Of a DNA stretch of 64,000 nt, positions 63,831 to 64,000 are shown one piece after another. The notes beneath the pieces were generated by a model. It worked only from the letters and a program-made list of their open reading frames with translations. It searched no databases and had not been told where the DNA came from. The stretch lies in the NCBI GenBank assembly GCA_024679065.1, contig JAGIQG010000006.1, positions 8,246,001 through 8,310,000 on the forward strand, written 5' to 3'. The translations under genes were made by a program, and so were the position numbers. Source of the stretch: Sphyrna mokarran. Its lineage: Eukaryota. How positions within the stretch are numbered: the stretch's first letter is position 1; every line of letters starts with the position of its first letter.

Positions 63831-64000
63831 ATTTTTGAAAACTCTGTACATATTTGCTGGTGAACTCTTTATTTTGAACACTCTGTTTCTCTGAGTATCA
63901 TTATAGAATCATAGAATCATAGAAAATCTACAGCACAAACAGGCCCTTTAGCTCATAAGTTGCACCAATCATATCTCTACCTTCTAGGCTTAACTATAAC

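Noticed and set aside
62549-63863. Long + strand ORFs opposite CR1 RT (also 6628-7086, 14220-14666, 28814-29098)
   Set aside because: Antisense shadows of LINE ORF2

Overview
Repeat-dense vertebrate genomic DNA, almost certainly from a shark or other elasmobranch, judged from HE1/V-SINE-type SINEs, Deu-type SINEs and abundant CR1 LINEs. One protein-coding gene can be assembled on the + strand from six exons (19396-46862; 1002 nt, 333 aa). It is a Siglec-15-like type I membrane protein: signal peptide, V-set domain with the essential Arg, C2-set domain, TM, and a short tail. Unlike canonical Siglec-15 it lacks the TM lysine, the extra V-set cysteine pair and any cytoplasmic tyrosine. A PU.1/ETS-IRF-AP-1 motif cluster lies just upstream. 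The rest is nested retroelements. Two features of these stand out. (1) A young CR1 subfamily carries a ~400-nt 3' module, present 4 times here plus one tail fragment, made of a multi-hairpin RNA domain and a captured V-SINE whose Pol III promoter has decayed while its V-domain is conserved. (2) Penelope-type fold-back insertions share one inversion breakpoint; one is a 101-bp-arm palindrome carrying mirror-image hammerhead ribozyme motifs inside an intron of the Siglec gene. Coordinates of old repeat fragments are approximate, all alignments were done by eye, and family names and the human Siglec-15 comparison are from memory.
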